DNA of 64,000 nt from a virus (IMGVR_UViG_3300050514_000135:1-64000), one strand, 5' to 3'. Positions 25,918 through 37,878 are shown, numbered from the stretch's first letter. Program-made: numbers and translations. Notes: generated by a model from the sequence alone, not told the origin.

Positions 25918-26372
25918 TTGTTCTCTCCGTAGCTCTTGGCGAACGCGACGAGGTCCCGGTCGAAGGACAGCAGCGTGTCGTTGAAGACTTCGCCGTAATC
26001 GTGATGGGCAGCCTCGGCGTTGTTTGCAGCCCAGGCGCGCCGCGCTGCTTGGAGGTGCAGGTTGTCGGTAAGTGGCAGAGGTTCGAGCCGACCGAGCACG
26101 ACCTCGTGCACGGCCGTGCCGAGCGCTGTGCGGTTGAACTCGCCGACCTCGTCGACCACTTTCAGGAACTTCTGCGTGCACGCCTGCCAGTGCGTGAGGG
26201 CGTTCCGGAGCTCGACCATCTCCTCGGGGTTGACGGCGAAGGCGTCGCAGAGTCGCTTGTTGTCGGCGCAGTCGCTCACCTCTTGGGCGCAGCGCGCGAC
26301 GACCATGACGGCTTCCGCCAGGTCACGATCGGCCTTCTTCAGTCTCGCTTCCAGTTCTTGTCTCTTGTTCAT
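25914..26372 (-). CDS. hypothetical coiled-coil protein
   Basis: Coupled ORF with an AGGAG RBS. Confidence 0.6.
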   Translation of the reverse strand: MNKRQELEARLKKADRDLAEAVMVVARCAQEVSDCADNKRLCDAFAVNPEEMVELRNALTHWQACTQKFLKVVDEVGEFNRTALGTAVHEVVLGRLEPLPLTDNLHLQAARRAWAANNAEAAHHDYGEVFNDTLLSFDRDLVAFAKSYGENK

Positions 26373-26408
26373 CCCCGTTCTCCTGTGTTTGGGGTTCTTG
26401 TCTGATTG

Positions 26409-29400
26409 TCAGTGCTCCGCTCCGGCGAACAGGTCGAAGTCCTCGCCGAGGAAGGCGTGTAGCTTCGCGTTCGTCTCGACGCACGCGAGATAGATCTTCT
26501 CGGCCTTGCGACTGTCCGTGTCGTAGCCGAGGTCCGAGCACCAGTCCTCGAACGTGACGCGGTCGGCACTGGTCGCGTCCGAGCACAGGCACGAGAGCAC
26601 GTCAGCCGCGTCGGGCGGCTTGGGTTTTCCGGGTCCGCAGAGTCTCGTACCGTTCTCGCGTCCCATGAAGACGTGGTCGCTCGTGCAGTCGGGCTTGTGA
26701 CCGCCGCGCGGGCTCTTTGGCGGGTACACGTGGGCGACGCCGCACTTGAAGTCAGTCTTCAACGAGCGGCCCTTGTAGAGCAGGGTCACGCGCCAGAGGA
26801 AGTGTTGGAATCCCCACTCGCCCGGCGGTTGCAGGCCCTCGCACACGGTCACGATGCCCACGTCGCGCTCCTTGCAGAGGTCGACCATCTGCACGACGGG
26901 CGGGGGTTCGGTGTCGGCTTCGGCGATGTTGTTGGTCATGTGATCCCCATCTGCTTGCGCTCATGCGCGCGTTCTTCTTCGTCACTCATCCCGTCGTCGT
27001 GCTCTTCCTCGCACGTGTCGTCGGCGTAGCACTGGAGGTCCAGTTGGACTTCCCCGCACCCCTCGCAGCCGAACAGGTCGGCGTCGGCGAGCTCCGGGAA
27101 CGACTCGTGATCGTCGAACCACGACACGCCCGCGCCCATCGCCTTGTAAGCGAGGCACCAGCCGAACCGGTTGGCGAGCTCGCCGCGGTACTCCACGCCT
27201 TCCGGGTCGAGGCCGTCCGCCTTCCACGCCAGCGCGAACAGGGACGCGAGCCCGTGCTTGGCGCGGACCTCGATGCGCCCCGCGACGCGGTGGGCGAGTC
27301 GGTAGGCCAGCTCGGGGACCTCGGGCATGCACTCCGTGATCTCGCAGCCGCTCAGGTTCGTGCAGCCTTTCTCCTCGCAGTGGTCCGCCCAGGCGCTGGC
27401 CCAGAAACACTCGGCCATGCCGTTGACGAATTCGCAGGAGTCTTTTTCGGCCATGTCAGCACCACCCTTGGCAGAGTTTCGGGTCGACTTCGGCGAGCGC
27501 CTTCAGCGCGGCCTCTCTCATGTCCGTATCGTAGCCGGAGTCTTCGAAGTCCTCTCCGACGAACCCGCCGCAAGCGTCGGCCACGGTCCAGCCGTCGACC
27601 GGGTCGAGGTACTCCGTCGCGTACATCCAGTGGCCGTCGCGCTCGATGCGCGCGGCGATGTCCGCCTTGGCTCGCGCCTTGCGCGCGTCCGAGACGTCCC
27701 ACGTGTCGACGTACGAGTCGTCGTAGTAGTCAATCTCGGGCTCGCAGACGGCGCGCACCAAGCCCTCGGCCTCGGCGTCGTCCCATGCGTCCTTGACGCG
27801 CGCCGCGCGGAGAGCCTCGTGCGCGGGCCAGTCCTTGGCGCGGAGTCGCCGGTACTCAGCCTTGACCCACGAGTTCACAGCGCCACCCACGAGCAGAAGT
27901 GCAGCGACGCGAGGCCGCCGATCAGGAACCACGAGACGGCGAAGAACGGGGTCACGAGCGCGCTCGCTCTCCGCTTGAGACGCGCACGCGCGCGGTCGCG
28001 CGGCGTGTGGTAGCTGATGAGAGTCGGGTTGATCAGGGTCGGGGTCACGGGCTCTCCTTGTACGGTTCGATCTTGTAGCCTTGGCGCGTCGTCGCTTCCT
28101 CGAAAGAGAAGGGCGTGTTGCGCAGCACCCATTCGAAGCACTCGTTGTGCCCAGCGTCGCCGCCGCGCTCCGAGAGGAACACGCGCACGCGGCCCCCGGC
28201 CCCGCCGTTCCACGTGTTGACGATCTGCCAGCGGTGGTAATCGGTCATGCTCGGTACTCCCACCAAGCCTTGGGCTTGGGAGGCGCCAGGGCGGCGTCAA
28301 TGTGCTCGTCGATCATGGCGCGGTTCTCGCGCACGAACGCGCGCACGGACTGGCGCGAGCCACGCTGCATGTTGTAGAGGCCCTCGTCGTTCAGGACCCA
28401 CAGGCGCCGTTCGTCGTCGTTGCGTCTTTGGTTTTTCATGCTCGTTTCCTTGCTTTGCGCGCGTGCTCCCACGCGAGAAACATCGCCCACACGCGCGGGC
28501 GCTTGAAGCTCTCGATGATATTGAGCGGGCGCTTTTCGTAGCGCGCGGCGGACTTGTACCAGTCCACGAGCAGGTCGACCGCGTCAGCCGAGTCGAACCC
28601 CTCGCCGACCGGCTTGCGGTCGGTCAGCTCGTCAAAGACCGAGTCGAAGGTGTCCTGCTTCACGTCGGAGGAACCCACGCGCTCGCAGAACTTCAGGAAA
28701 GATTCGTAGTGTCTCACGTGCCAGTCTCCTTCACGGGGTAAGGCGTCACTTCCACGCTCGCGACCTTTTCCGGCTCGAGGCACTCCAGGTGCCAGAGCGG
28801 CTCGCCGGTGCGCGCGTCCTCGATGTAGAGCGTCGCGTCGTTCTCACCGTCGATCGCCAGGCTCGTCACGTGCGTGCCCTTGCGAAGCAGGTCGGCCTGC
28901 TTGAGCGCGCGCACCATGTACTTGTCTTCGGGCTCGTACTGGTAGAATTCCCCGGGCCGGCCCTCGTTGTAACGCTTGAGCACGGCCGTGCACTCGACCT
29001 CGTCACGGGTCCGATAGATCGCGTTGATCTCGAACCCGTCCTTGGCGTTGCCCCACACGTCGAGCGAGAGGACCTGGTAGCGGACGCGGATGTACTTTTT
29101 CATCGTTCACTCCCCGGGAGGCAAGCCGTGCAGCTTGCGAATGATCTGCTTGCCCGTGTCGAACGGGCCGCGGTGCAGTGCCGAGTCGATGTCGCCGCGC
29201 CCGTACTCACGCGCGGTCGAGCCGATCTTGTTGACCGGTCGATCGAGCTGGCGCTCGAGTAGCGCGTCGTCGCGCATGCACTCCTCAGCGTAGCGCCGCG
29301 CTCGCGCGCGGATCCGTTTCGGGTACTTGTCACCCGAGAACGACTGGAGCGGAGCGCCGAGACCGTACTGGACGCAGGCTTCCACGAGAACGAGAGCCGT

Positions 29401-30655
29401 GCGTTCTTCAGTGTCGGCGACGATGTCGCCGCTCTCGGTCATGATCTCGCCGTTGTGGCCGTCCGGAACCCACGCGAGACCGACGCAGCGCATCGCGCTC
29501 GTGATCTCGGCTTCGGGCAGATTAAACAGCTCGACGCGCTTGACGTCGCACTCGAATTGAGGGAGCCCGGAATCCTCGCCGGCCGCGTCCCAGAGGTTCG
29601 TCCACTGGAGAACGTACCACGAGCCGTCGGGCGCCTTGCGTGCCCACATGCCGCCGTAGTCTTCCCAATTGACGTCCGAGCACAGCTCGATCCACTTTTT
29701 CATCGGTTCATCCTCCTAGAGAGCGCAAGCCGGTTTGCAGCGCGTCGACGCACTCCGAAAACTGCGTGACGTCGTCGATCGGCGGATCGTCGTCGTTGCC
29801 CAAGATCGCGAAGCGATGGAATTCGCCCGCGAGTCGCGAGCCGCAAGCGTCGCACCCGCACGCGGAAAACTCGCGGTGACCGTCGTCGCCGTCGGAAGTG
29901 TGGAAGACGGTCTCGCCCTCGTCGTTCTCCTCGCCCTCGGTATCGAAGTCCGGGACTAGGTGCGGGCCGAGCTTTTCCAAGCCGGCCCAGATCTCGGCCA
30001 CGCGCTTGTCGCGCGCGTCGTCCGAGAGGTAGTAGTCGATGCCCGACACGTCGCCGTTGACGGCCGCGAGCAAGCAGTCGACGCAGAGCCATATCCCGTC
30101 GCGAATGATCTTCATTCTGCAATCTCCGCAAAGAAGGCCCACGCGCGTTCGGCGTTGTCGGCCGACTCGCGCGCGAAAAACGCGGCGACGTCGAGCGGGG
30201 TGCTCGCGGTCGCCAGCCAGTAGCGCCGGCCAGACTTGGTCGAGCCGCGCGACTCATGCGGGGCGCTGTGGATCGCCCGAAACATCTCGCAGAAACACTT
30301 CAGCGCGTAGAGCGCGTCATCTTTCGCGAGACGGTACGCGCGCGTGCGCTTGTCAAACTTTCTTTTCATGGCAGCCCACCGGGCGCGAGCGCGCTCGTGC
30401 CCAGGGAGCCGGATGAAACTAGAGCGCCTCGCAAGCGAGCTGATACGGGTCGAACGACCATTCACTGATCGGTTCGCCCTGGAAGAAGTTTCTTTCGACG
30501 GGCATGCGGGCTAGGTGCGCCTCGCAGATCGGAAAAGACTTTCCCTCTTGCGTCCCGGTCGCGTGAAAGAACGTGCACGTTGCGACGCCTACGGCTTGGT
30601 TTTCGTCGGGCGTAGGCGTGCCGAACTTGTCGATCCACTGAATCTTACACTTCAT
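26409..30655 (-). other. cluster of small acidic early-type hypothetical genes (26409-26939, 26936-27454, 27456-27878, 28045-28248, 28245-28439, 28436-28717, 28714-29103, 29107-29703, 29708-30115, 30112-30369, 30419-30655)
   Basis: Co-oriented, mostly stop/start-overlapping ORFs next to the divergent intergenic region, as in phage host-takeover regions. Confidence 0.65.
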
Positions 30656-31691
30656 TCGATTGCTCCCTTCACTCGCGCCGCGAACCGCGTGGCTCACGGC
30701 GCGAAAGCTGGAAGTAACCAGCGCACAAGAATGACGCGCTCGAAAGAACGCGCCGAATGCGGCCCGTCGCCGCGTGGACAGAATAGGTTTTGCAGACGTG
30801 GACTTTTCTCCAGGCAAGTCCGTGCCATAAAAACGGTGTTACCGGCGCTCGCTTCGCGCCCACGCGCGAGTAGTGGCTCGCGCGGCTCTTCGAAGTCCGC
30901 GCCGGTGCAATGTGAAAAAAGCTCAGTCAATCGTTTTGCGAACGATTGGAGAGGAAGTAGGGGGTTTAGGTTTTCGTCGCTTGGCAAGGGTAGCGCGGCG
31001 CCCGGTCGCCGTGTCGTCCGCTGCTAGGCCGTCCGATCGATTCGTTGGCGCTACCGAGGTTCCTGGCGCGACTCGCCACTACGCGCTCGCGTTACCTACC
31101 TCAGTCCGTTACCCGTTCGACTTTCCGCCGCGTCATCAACGCGACGGTCGGCCCGAGACGATCGCGCCTGTCACGCGCGATAGCCCCGGTCTGGCCTATC
31201 CTTGCTCGCATTCGGTCGACGCACCCGCGTTCGGCGTGTCCCTGGACACTTACCCTTTCGGCTCCTACGCGTGGGCGCGGCAATGCCACCCCTTCCGGGG
31301 GCGTTGATCTCCGCGCGCGGTCGACTTGCGACGTCGCGGCCCAGTGTGGGCCGCTCGGGTTTCCCGTGTACGGTTTCCCGAACCGTGTTCTCGATCGGCG
31401 CGCGTTCACCGGGCGCGCATCCAATCGGGCTTTCCAGCGCCCGCGAGAGAACCCGCGGGGGGTGGGAGCCGTGTTTTCAGAGATCTGGACTGCTCGGACT
31501 GGCCGTCCGGGCTCGCCAAGGGTTATTGCATGTTTGGGGCCAACCCCCGGGGAAACCCCCCGGTCGTTTTGACCTGGCAAAAAGCCCGCTTTTTTGGGGG
31601 GTCTAGGTCAAAAAGACCGTGAATCCGGTCGTTTAGACCCTACTGACCTGTGTGTAGGCTTCGCACCGGGCGCGAAAAGCCCTACCCAGCA

Positions 31692-31747
31692 TTACAGTCA
31701 GGCTGTAAGGGTTACCCGGGGGGTTACCCTTTACAGGGACACTGTAA
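31692..31747. promoter_or_regulatory. nested palindromic operator-like site
   Basis: Two TTACAG-N5-CTGTAA palindromes (31692-31708, 31731-31747) flank two GGGTTACCC palindromes, at the strand switch. Confidence 0.6.
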
Positions 31748-31793
31748 TGGCTGCTAGCTGTCAGATCTCGCCCCCGGTCGGCGTCATCCGGCC

Positions 31794-32435
31794 ATGGGAG
31801 CATGCACCGAGTCAGTTTCTCACCGGTTCTACCTGGCTTCGGAGCCGAACAGGCTGGAAGCCAAGCGGATCAAGCGCGCGGCCGAGCGCGAACACGAGCG
31901 CGCCGGCTGGCGCGACCCATGGATCGCATGCGTGCGCGTGCGGCGCGGCGTTGTCGACTGGGCCGGCTACTTCCAATCGAAGCAGCCATGGTTCTACGGT
32001 TGGACGCCGTTACCGGACTTCGGCGAGCTAGACGGCTACTTGCTCTTGACGATCGAGCAATCGAGCGCCGGCGCGCCACCCGACCGCGCTGAGCAGGCCG
32101 AGCAACGCGCGGAGAACGTGCGCGACTACCTGACCGTGCGCCAGCGCGTCGTCGCGCAGCGAGCTCGCATCGTCTCGAGTCAAGAGGAGACCGAGGCGAT
32201 GCTCGACTTGGTCGGCTGGGCAAACCGACGGCTCGCGTGGCTGTTCCGAAACACGCACGCGATCGTGTACGGCGGCCGACCAGCGTGCGCGGTCCTGCTC
32301 GACCCGGACGGAAAAACACTCTTGACCGTCGAGGGTTCTCCGACGTTCGCGATCTTCGAGCTCGTGCGCCGGATCGAGACTCGGATCGGACGGAGACACA
32401 AGAAAACGGCTCTCGCGATTGATTGTGTCGATTGA
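31794..32435 (+). CDS. hypothetical protein
   Basis: First long + strand ORF after the divergent region. Confidence 0.55.
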   Translation: MGACTESVSHRFYLASEPNRLEAKRIKRAAEREHERAGWRDPWIACVRVRRGVVDWAGYFQSKQPWFYGWTPLPDFGELDGYLLLTIEQSSAGAPPDRAEQAEQRAENVRDYLTVRQRVVAQRARIVSSQEETEAMLDLVGWANRRLAWLFRNTHAIVYGGRPACAVLLDPDGKTLLTVEGSPTFAIFELVRRIETRIGRRHKKTALAIDCVD

Positions 32436-32600
32436 TCGTTGCGATTGTTTTCTCTCTCGAAAAGCTCGATTGAGCTTTTCGACTGTTTTCTCTCTGAAAA
32501 AGCTCGATTGATTCACTCGAATGTTCTCCGGGTTAGAGATCTGAGATTGATTACCTCGTTTGTTTATTCGTAAGTCCTCGATATCTCTACGGCGATCAAT
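32417..32600. repeat. AT-rich element with GATTGA repeats, a 28-bp direct repeat and an 11-bp hairpin
   Basis: TGTTTTCTCTCT..AAAAGCTCGATTGA twice; stem TCGAAAAGCTC-GATT-GAGCTTTTCGA at 32457-32482. Confidence 0.6.
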
Positions 32601-32717
32601 CCATCCAGGGCCAAAAAGTGGCCGTAACGCGGCACGCTGCGCGCTCGCAGTGCACCCCGTTCACGGGCGAGAACGACCCGCTTGTGGACCCGCGCGTGAC
32701 CGTGCTAGACACTTGAC

Positions 32718-32918
32718 ATGGACGACGACTTGAGCGTGCGCGACATCGAGCTGCCGGACACGTACGAGATGTGCTGCGGCAAGCAGAAATGCCCGGCGAT
32801 TCGCCTGCGCGAGGACGGCAGCGTGCTCGTGTTCGACACGGGTCACGACGCCGAGATCGCCTTCGACGCCGAGCAGGCGAGCGAGCTGAAGAAGTGGCTC
32901 GAACAGAAGGGTTTCTAG
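32718..32918 (+). CDS. small hypothetical protein
   Basis: Codon usage; CCG..CP motif. Confidence 0.55.
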   Translation: MDDDLSVRDIELPDTYEMCCGKQKCPAIRLREDGSVLVFDTGHDAEIAFDAEQASELKKWLEQKGF

Positions 32919-32987
32919 GGCGCCTAACGCGGCTTTTCCGCCGGCGCGTTGACGAGCCCCGAGCCGCGGATATCCTGGACGGCGAGC

Positions 32988-33500
32988 ATGCCGACGTACC
33001 AAGTAGTCCTGTTTTCCGCCGCGATCACGGTGGTCTTCACGCAGGGGACGATCTTCAAGTTCCTCCGGCGCGGTCCCTGGCTCTGGCGCGAGCTCGCGAG
33101 CTGCGCGCTCTGCACGGGCGTCTGGGTGGGCATGGGGATGTCGCTGCTTTTCTCAGGTTTTCCACACGTTGGGGGTGACCTGTTGACGGACCTCTCGAGC
33201 CTGGTTCGCCTGCTCGGCGTCGGTTCGGTGAGCGGGTGCGCGGCCCTGCTCTTCGTCGCGGTCTGGGAGAAGCTCGACACGCGCGGCGCGCTTTTATCGA
33301 TTGAGAACGCGACGATGACGGTCCCCAACGCGCAGATCCACGCCCCGCGCGTGAAGTTCACGGGGGAGGCGTTCCAGCCGGAAGAGGCGCCGACCGACCC
33401 CGTCTCCAGCGACAGCCGGCTGACCAAAAAAGTCCCGACGGATCGGCTTCGCATCGAGGCTAGCCGCCGCTCGCACCCGGAAAAAGACGGGGACAAGTGA
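32988..33500 (+). CDS. DUF1360-like membrane protein
   Basis: RELASCALCTGVWVG with flanking transmembrane segments. Confidence 0.6.
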   Translation: MPTYQVVLFSAAITVVFTQGTIFKFLRRGPWLWRELASCALCTGVWVGMGMSLLFSGFPHVGGDLLTDLSSLVRLLGVGSVSGCAALLFVAVWEKLDTRGALLSIENATMTVPNAQIHAPRVKFTGEAFQPEEAPTDPVSSDSRLTKKVPTDRLRIEASRRSHPEKDGDK

Positions 33501-33823
33501 CGAGAGCGACAGAATTCGTCGCGTTCGGCACATAGGAGCCTAAAACCCGTGCAGCGAAAGAGCGCCTGAGGTCCCCGAGGCTGCGGTCCGCAGCCGCTGC
33601 GCTGGTACCGCGTGGACGACGCCCAGGGGCGCTTCCACCGCAGCCGGCCCGTGTTCGCGTTCGCAGTCCAGGCGGGTCGCGTGGTCGAGGCAGCGCCGAT
33701 CGCGCGCCGCAGGCTGCTCAGGGAGCGCGCGTTTGACGTTTTCGTGAGCCTCGGGGACCTCGGGCTGGTCTGCGAGCTCATTCCGGGTTGACCTTATAGA
33801 CGGAAACTAGCATTATTGCCCAT

Positions 33824-35401
33824 GTGAAGAAGTCGCGCCGGCCGTCGATTACGCGCCTATTGGAAAGGCGTCACCAGGCCAAGGAGGCCAACGGCGCGAA
33901 AACGCCCGACGCTGCCGCGAGGATCGATTCTGCCGCGCCCGAGCCGGCACCGACGAAGAACGGGTCGTCCGAGCCGCCGGCAGCGTTCGCGGCTCAGGAG
34001 GCGCCGACCAAGCCGAGCGTCCCCTCTCCCCTGAACCTGCGCAGCCCGGCGGACCTGGAGCGGCTGCGGGCGAACGAGTTCGACGCGGCCTGCAGGGCGG
34101 CGTGGGACGATGACTCGATCGAGCTGACTGAAGCCGACCTCGCGCGCATCGACGTCGCGCGTGCTCGGGCTCTGGCGTTCGCGAAGGACCAGGCATTGCT
34201 CGACTGGCTCGACGAGCCAGAACTAGAACTCGCGACTGATTCGCAAGGTCACGGAGCAACGCGGCTCTTCGGGGTTGCGCCAACACCGGCCGGCGGGGGA
34301 GCGACGGACGTTGCGTGGCTTCGGCCAGCTCTGCAGAGCAGCCCAACGTCCGCCCCGCCGGGCGAGATCTCGAGAGGAGGTGATGTCGATGCCAAAGATC
34401 GGGACCCCCGAAACGGACTTCATGAACCAGCGCCCCTCGTCCGCGTGACGGGGGGCGCGCTCGACGCCGACGCGCCGAAGCAGAGCTACGGGCCCGAGGA
34501 GGTGTTCAAGCGCTTCCTCATGAACCGCTCGGACGACACGCTGAAGGCGTACAAGGCCGACGTCGACGCCTTCGCGGCGTGGCTCGGCGTGAGCTCCGAC
34601 GACGCAGTCGGGCGCCTGCTCGGCCACGGCCTCGGCCCCGCGAACGCTCTCGTCATCGAGTGGCTCGACAGCATGCGCGAGCTCGCGCCGGCGACGCGCA
34701 AGCGCCGGCTCTCCGCGCTCCGCTCGGTCGTGCGCATGGCGCGTCGCCTGGGCGCCGTCGAGTGGTCGCTCGACGTCGACTCGCCGAAGGCGGAGGCGTA
34801 CCGCGACACGGCCGGCCCGACGGAGCACGAGTTCCACAAGCTCCTGCTCGCGTGCGGCGACGGGCTCGAGGGCCTGCGCAATCGCGCGCTCGTCCTGCTC
34901 GCCGTGCTCATGGCGTTCCGCCGGCGCGAGCTCGCCGCGTTCCGTCTCCAGGACTTCGACCGCGACCGGCGCCGCGTGTTCGTGCGCGGCAAGGGCGGGA
35001 AGAACTCGTGGGTCGGCGCGCCTGAAGAAGTGTACGACGCGCTGGTCGCGTGGCTCAACGCGCCCAAGACGATCGTCGGCGAGGACAACGACTCGGTCTT
35101 CCTGTCGCTCTCGCCGCGGACGTTCGGCGAGGCGCTCACGCGCAAGGGCGTCTACAACATCGTGACGAAGATCGGCGAGCGCGCCGGCGTGCGAGTCTGG
35201 CCGCACGCTTTGCGCCACGCGGGGATCACCGCGTCGCTCGACGCGAGCGACGGCGACGTGCGGATGGCCCAGCAGTTCGCGCGCCACGGCGACCCGAAGA
35301 CGACGATGGTCTACGACGACAACCGCACGGACATGGGTGGCCGAGCCGCGCGGCTCGTCGCCGGGAAGCTGATGCCGAAGAAGGGAGACGGGCATGGGTG
35401 A
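33824..35401 (+). CDS. tyrosine recombinase (XerC/D-like) with long low-complexity N-terminal extension
   Basis: RNRA...RRRE, GKGGK, PHALRH, ARHGDPKTTMVY catalytic residues; start uncertain. Confidence 0.88.
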   Translation: MKKSRRPSITRLLERRHQAKEANGAKTPDAAARIDSAAPEPAPTKNGSSEPPAAFAAQEAPTKPSVPSPLNLRSPADLERLRANEFDAACRAAWDDDSIELTEADLARIDVARARALAFAKDQALLDWLDEPELELATDSQGHGATRLFGVAPTPAGGGATDVAWLRPALQSSPTSAPPGEISRGGDVDAKDRDPRNGLHEPAPLVRVTGGALDADAPKQSYGPEEVFKRFLMNRSDDTLKAYKADVDAFAAWLGVSSDDAVGRLLGHGLGPANALVIEWLDSMRELAPATRKRRLSALRSVVRMARRLGAVEWSLDVDSPKAEAYRDTAGPTEHEFHKLLLACGDGLEGLRNRALVLLAVLMAFRRRELAAFRLQDFDRDRRRVFVRGKGGKNSWVGAPEEVYDALVAWLNAPKTIVGEDNDSVFLSLSPRTFGEALTRKGVYNIVTKIGERAGVRVWPHALRHAGITASLDASDGDVRMAQQFARHGDPKTTMVYDDNRTDMGGRAARLVAGKLMPKKGDGHG

Positions 35402-35822
35402 GCTAGCGTTCGCGAGCGTCGCGTACGAGACCGTCGCGTGCGGTCAGTGCGACATCGTGTTTGCCGTTCCGAGACAAGTCGTCGAGCGTTGGCGAAAGAC
35501 CCACGAAGAGTGGTACTGCCCGAACGGGCACTGCCGATACTTCGCAGGAAAGAGCGACATCGAGGCGCTGAAGGAACAGCTCGCCGAGAAGGACCGCTTC
35601 ATCGAGAACGGGAAGAAGCGCGTGGAGTGGGCCGAGAAGCGCGCAGCCCACGAACGCGAGAACACGAAGCGCGCGCAGCGCAGCGCAGCCTCGTACAAGG
35701 GCAAGCTGAACCACGTGAAGACCCGGGTGGGCAACGGCGTCTGCCCGTGCTGCAATCGGTCCTTCACTAATCTCATGAGGCACATGCAGACGAAGCACCC
35801 GACCTACAAGGGCGAGGATTAA
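35394..35822 (+). CDS. zinc-finger/coiled-coil phage protein
   Basis: CGQC...YCPNGH and CPCCNRSF..L.RHM...H. Confidence 0.7.
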   Translation: MGELAFASVAYETVACGQCDIVFAVPRQVVERWRKTHEEWYCPNGHCRYFAGKSDIEALKEQLAEKDRFIENGKKRVEWAEKRAAHERENTKRAQRSAASYKGKLNHVKTRVGNGVCPCCNRSFTNLMRHMQTKHPTYKGED

Positions 35823-37175
35823 TGCACGCCGAAGCCTTCATCGCGGCGCTCGCCGACTCGCGCGGGCACGAGCTCACGTCGCGGCGGCCGTGCAACTTCA
35901 ACCACGGCAACCCGGTCGCCGACTTCAACGCCTTCGACTTCCGCGAGCCCGGCATCGCCGAGGTCATGCTCGTGTTCTGCGCCGACTGCGGGGAGCTCGT
36001 CACGCACCGGCGCATGAACATCTTCTACTCGTACGAGCACACCGAGGACTTCATTCAGATCTGCGGGTACCCGACGAGTGCCGTGCCGTTCGACCAGAGA
36101 CTCCGACCGCGAGGTGAGTCGTGAGTTGGAAACTCGAAGTCCGAACGCACGAGATGCAGGACGGCAAGTGGGTGCTCGTTCTCGACCACGCTTTCTACGG
36201 GACCACGCGCGAGGACGCGCTCCACTACTCGGACTCGCACGAGCGCACCGACTCGTTCTACCGCGACACGGGCGGCGCGCTCGCGGCGCGCGAGAGCTAC
36301 CGACTGAAGTCGTTCATCATCGTCAAGGGGCACTTCCGAGACGTCCCGACGCAGACCGAGGCCGAGTTCAAGAAGAGGAAGCGATGACAACGAAGACGTT
36401 CTACAAGCTCGGCGAGTACTACAAGAACGGGTTTTCGGGACCGACGCGCTACAAGTGCGAAGAGATGCACGGGACGGTCGTGGCGGAAGGCGTCGTGAGG
36501 ATCAGCAAGTACGGTGAACGCGAAGAGGTCGTGCTCGAGGCGACGCTCGCGGACACGCCGAAGCGAGCGTTCGATAAACTCGTGGCCGAGAAACAGCTCA
36601 ACGTCGAGGAAGCGAGGCTCGCGCTCGAGAAGGCGGAGAAGGCTCTGAAGAAAGCCAGCACCGCGCACGACGACTGGTTGGAGTACGAGGCTCGAGAAGA
36701 GGCTGAGAGAGCGCGGCGAGTCGAACTCGAGCGCGCCCGCTTGAACGAGCAGCGCGAGAGCCAGTACCGGGACAAGCCGTGACCCACGGCGAGAAGATGG
36801 CGCGCGCGGCGCTCGCCCAGTGGATCAAGCTGTACGAGCGCCAGCAGAAGTGCGAGCAATGCCAGATCTCGGCCGCGCAGTGCGGGCGACACCGCACGAA
36901 GACCGAATTCGACAAGCTCCTCGAGCAGAGTCGGCGCCTGCTTGCCGGCGGGCCGAACTAGCGACTAGAATTGCTCGATGCGACGGTACGAGAAGCCGAC
37001 CGTGACCGACCTCCCCGGCAGGGGGGACTGGGTCCGGAAGTTCCGACTGTTCTTCGCCGACCGGTACGAGGTCGTGGGCTTCAAGGGTGAGTCGGTGCTC
37101 GTGCGCGCGCTGCGCGACGGGGTCATCTACCGCGCGGAGGGCCGGGCCGAGGACCCGCGCTTCTCGGAGCTCTGA
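35822..37175 (+). other. five small coupled hypothetical genes (35822-36124, 36121-36387, 36384-36782, 36779-36961, 36978-37175)
   Basis: Mostly overlapping start/stop codons. Confidence 0.6.
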
Positions 37176-37615
37176 TGGCGCGCCACGTCCACTTCGACCG
37201 GTGCTTCGACGACGCCAAGGTGCGCCAGCTCTCGGTGCACCTGCCGGCGACGTTCGAGGCGCTGAACCGGATGGCGCCCTGGCGCAAGGGGCGGTGGCCG
37301 ACGCGCGTGAAGTGCATGACGCACACGCAGATCATCGAGGGACGGCGGCGCGGCGCCGGCCACGGCTTCACGTTCATCCGCGGCAACACGATCTGGATGA
37401 ACGCGCACATGACCGCGATGGGCTACTGGCTCGTGTACGTGCACGAGAACCTGCACCACGCCTTCCCCGATGCGACGGAAGAGGAGTTGAACTGCCGCGA
37501 GCTCCCGCAGGTCTACCGCGAGGTGTTCGGGCGCACGCTCACGCCCGCGTTCGCGCGAAAGCACGGCGTCGGTTCGCCAGTGCCGGGCGTCGGCGACCGG
37601 AGCTACTGCCGGTGA
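37175..37615 (+). CDS. HExxH metallopeptidase-like protein
   Basis: VYVHENLHHAFP...EE. Confidence 0.55.
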   Translation: MARHVHFDRCFDDAKVRQLSVHLPATFEALNRMAPWRKGRWPTRVKCMTHTQIIEGRRRGAGHGFTFIRGNTIWMNAHMTAMGYWLVYVHENLHHAFPDATEEELNCRELPQVYREVFGRTLTPAFARKHGVGSPVPGVGDRSYCR

Positions 37616-37878
37616 TGGACGAGGGCGCGCAGAAGTCCGCGTTCCCGGCGCTGTCCGAGTTCCCGGGCCAGGGCCTCTACCAGCACCACAAGGGCGGGTA
37701 CTACATGGCGCTGTTCGTGACGACGCACCACGAGACGAACGAGCCCTTCGTCGCGTACGTGCCTTACGGGCACCCGGAGAGTGGCGTGCGCGTGCGCGAG
37801 CTCTCGTCGTGGATAGAGAAGGTCAAGTGGGAGACGCACGGCCTGCTCGACTTCAGGTTCAAGCGGGTAGAACCGTGA
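37615..37878 (+). CDS. DUF1653 family protein
   Basis: GLYQHHKGGYY...HHETNE..VAY...VR. Confidence 0.7.
   Translation: MDEGAQKSAFPALSEFPGQGLYQHHKGGYYMALFVTTHHETNEPFVAYVPYGHPESGVRVRELSSWIEKVKWETHGLLDFRFKRVEP

Noticed and set aside
30669-31790. ORFs in the divergent intergenic region
   Set aside because: They lack coding-type codon bias, RBS and motifs; the region is likely regulatory. A structured ncRNA could not be supported by eye.
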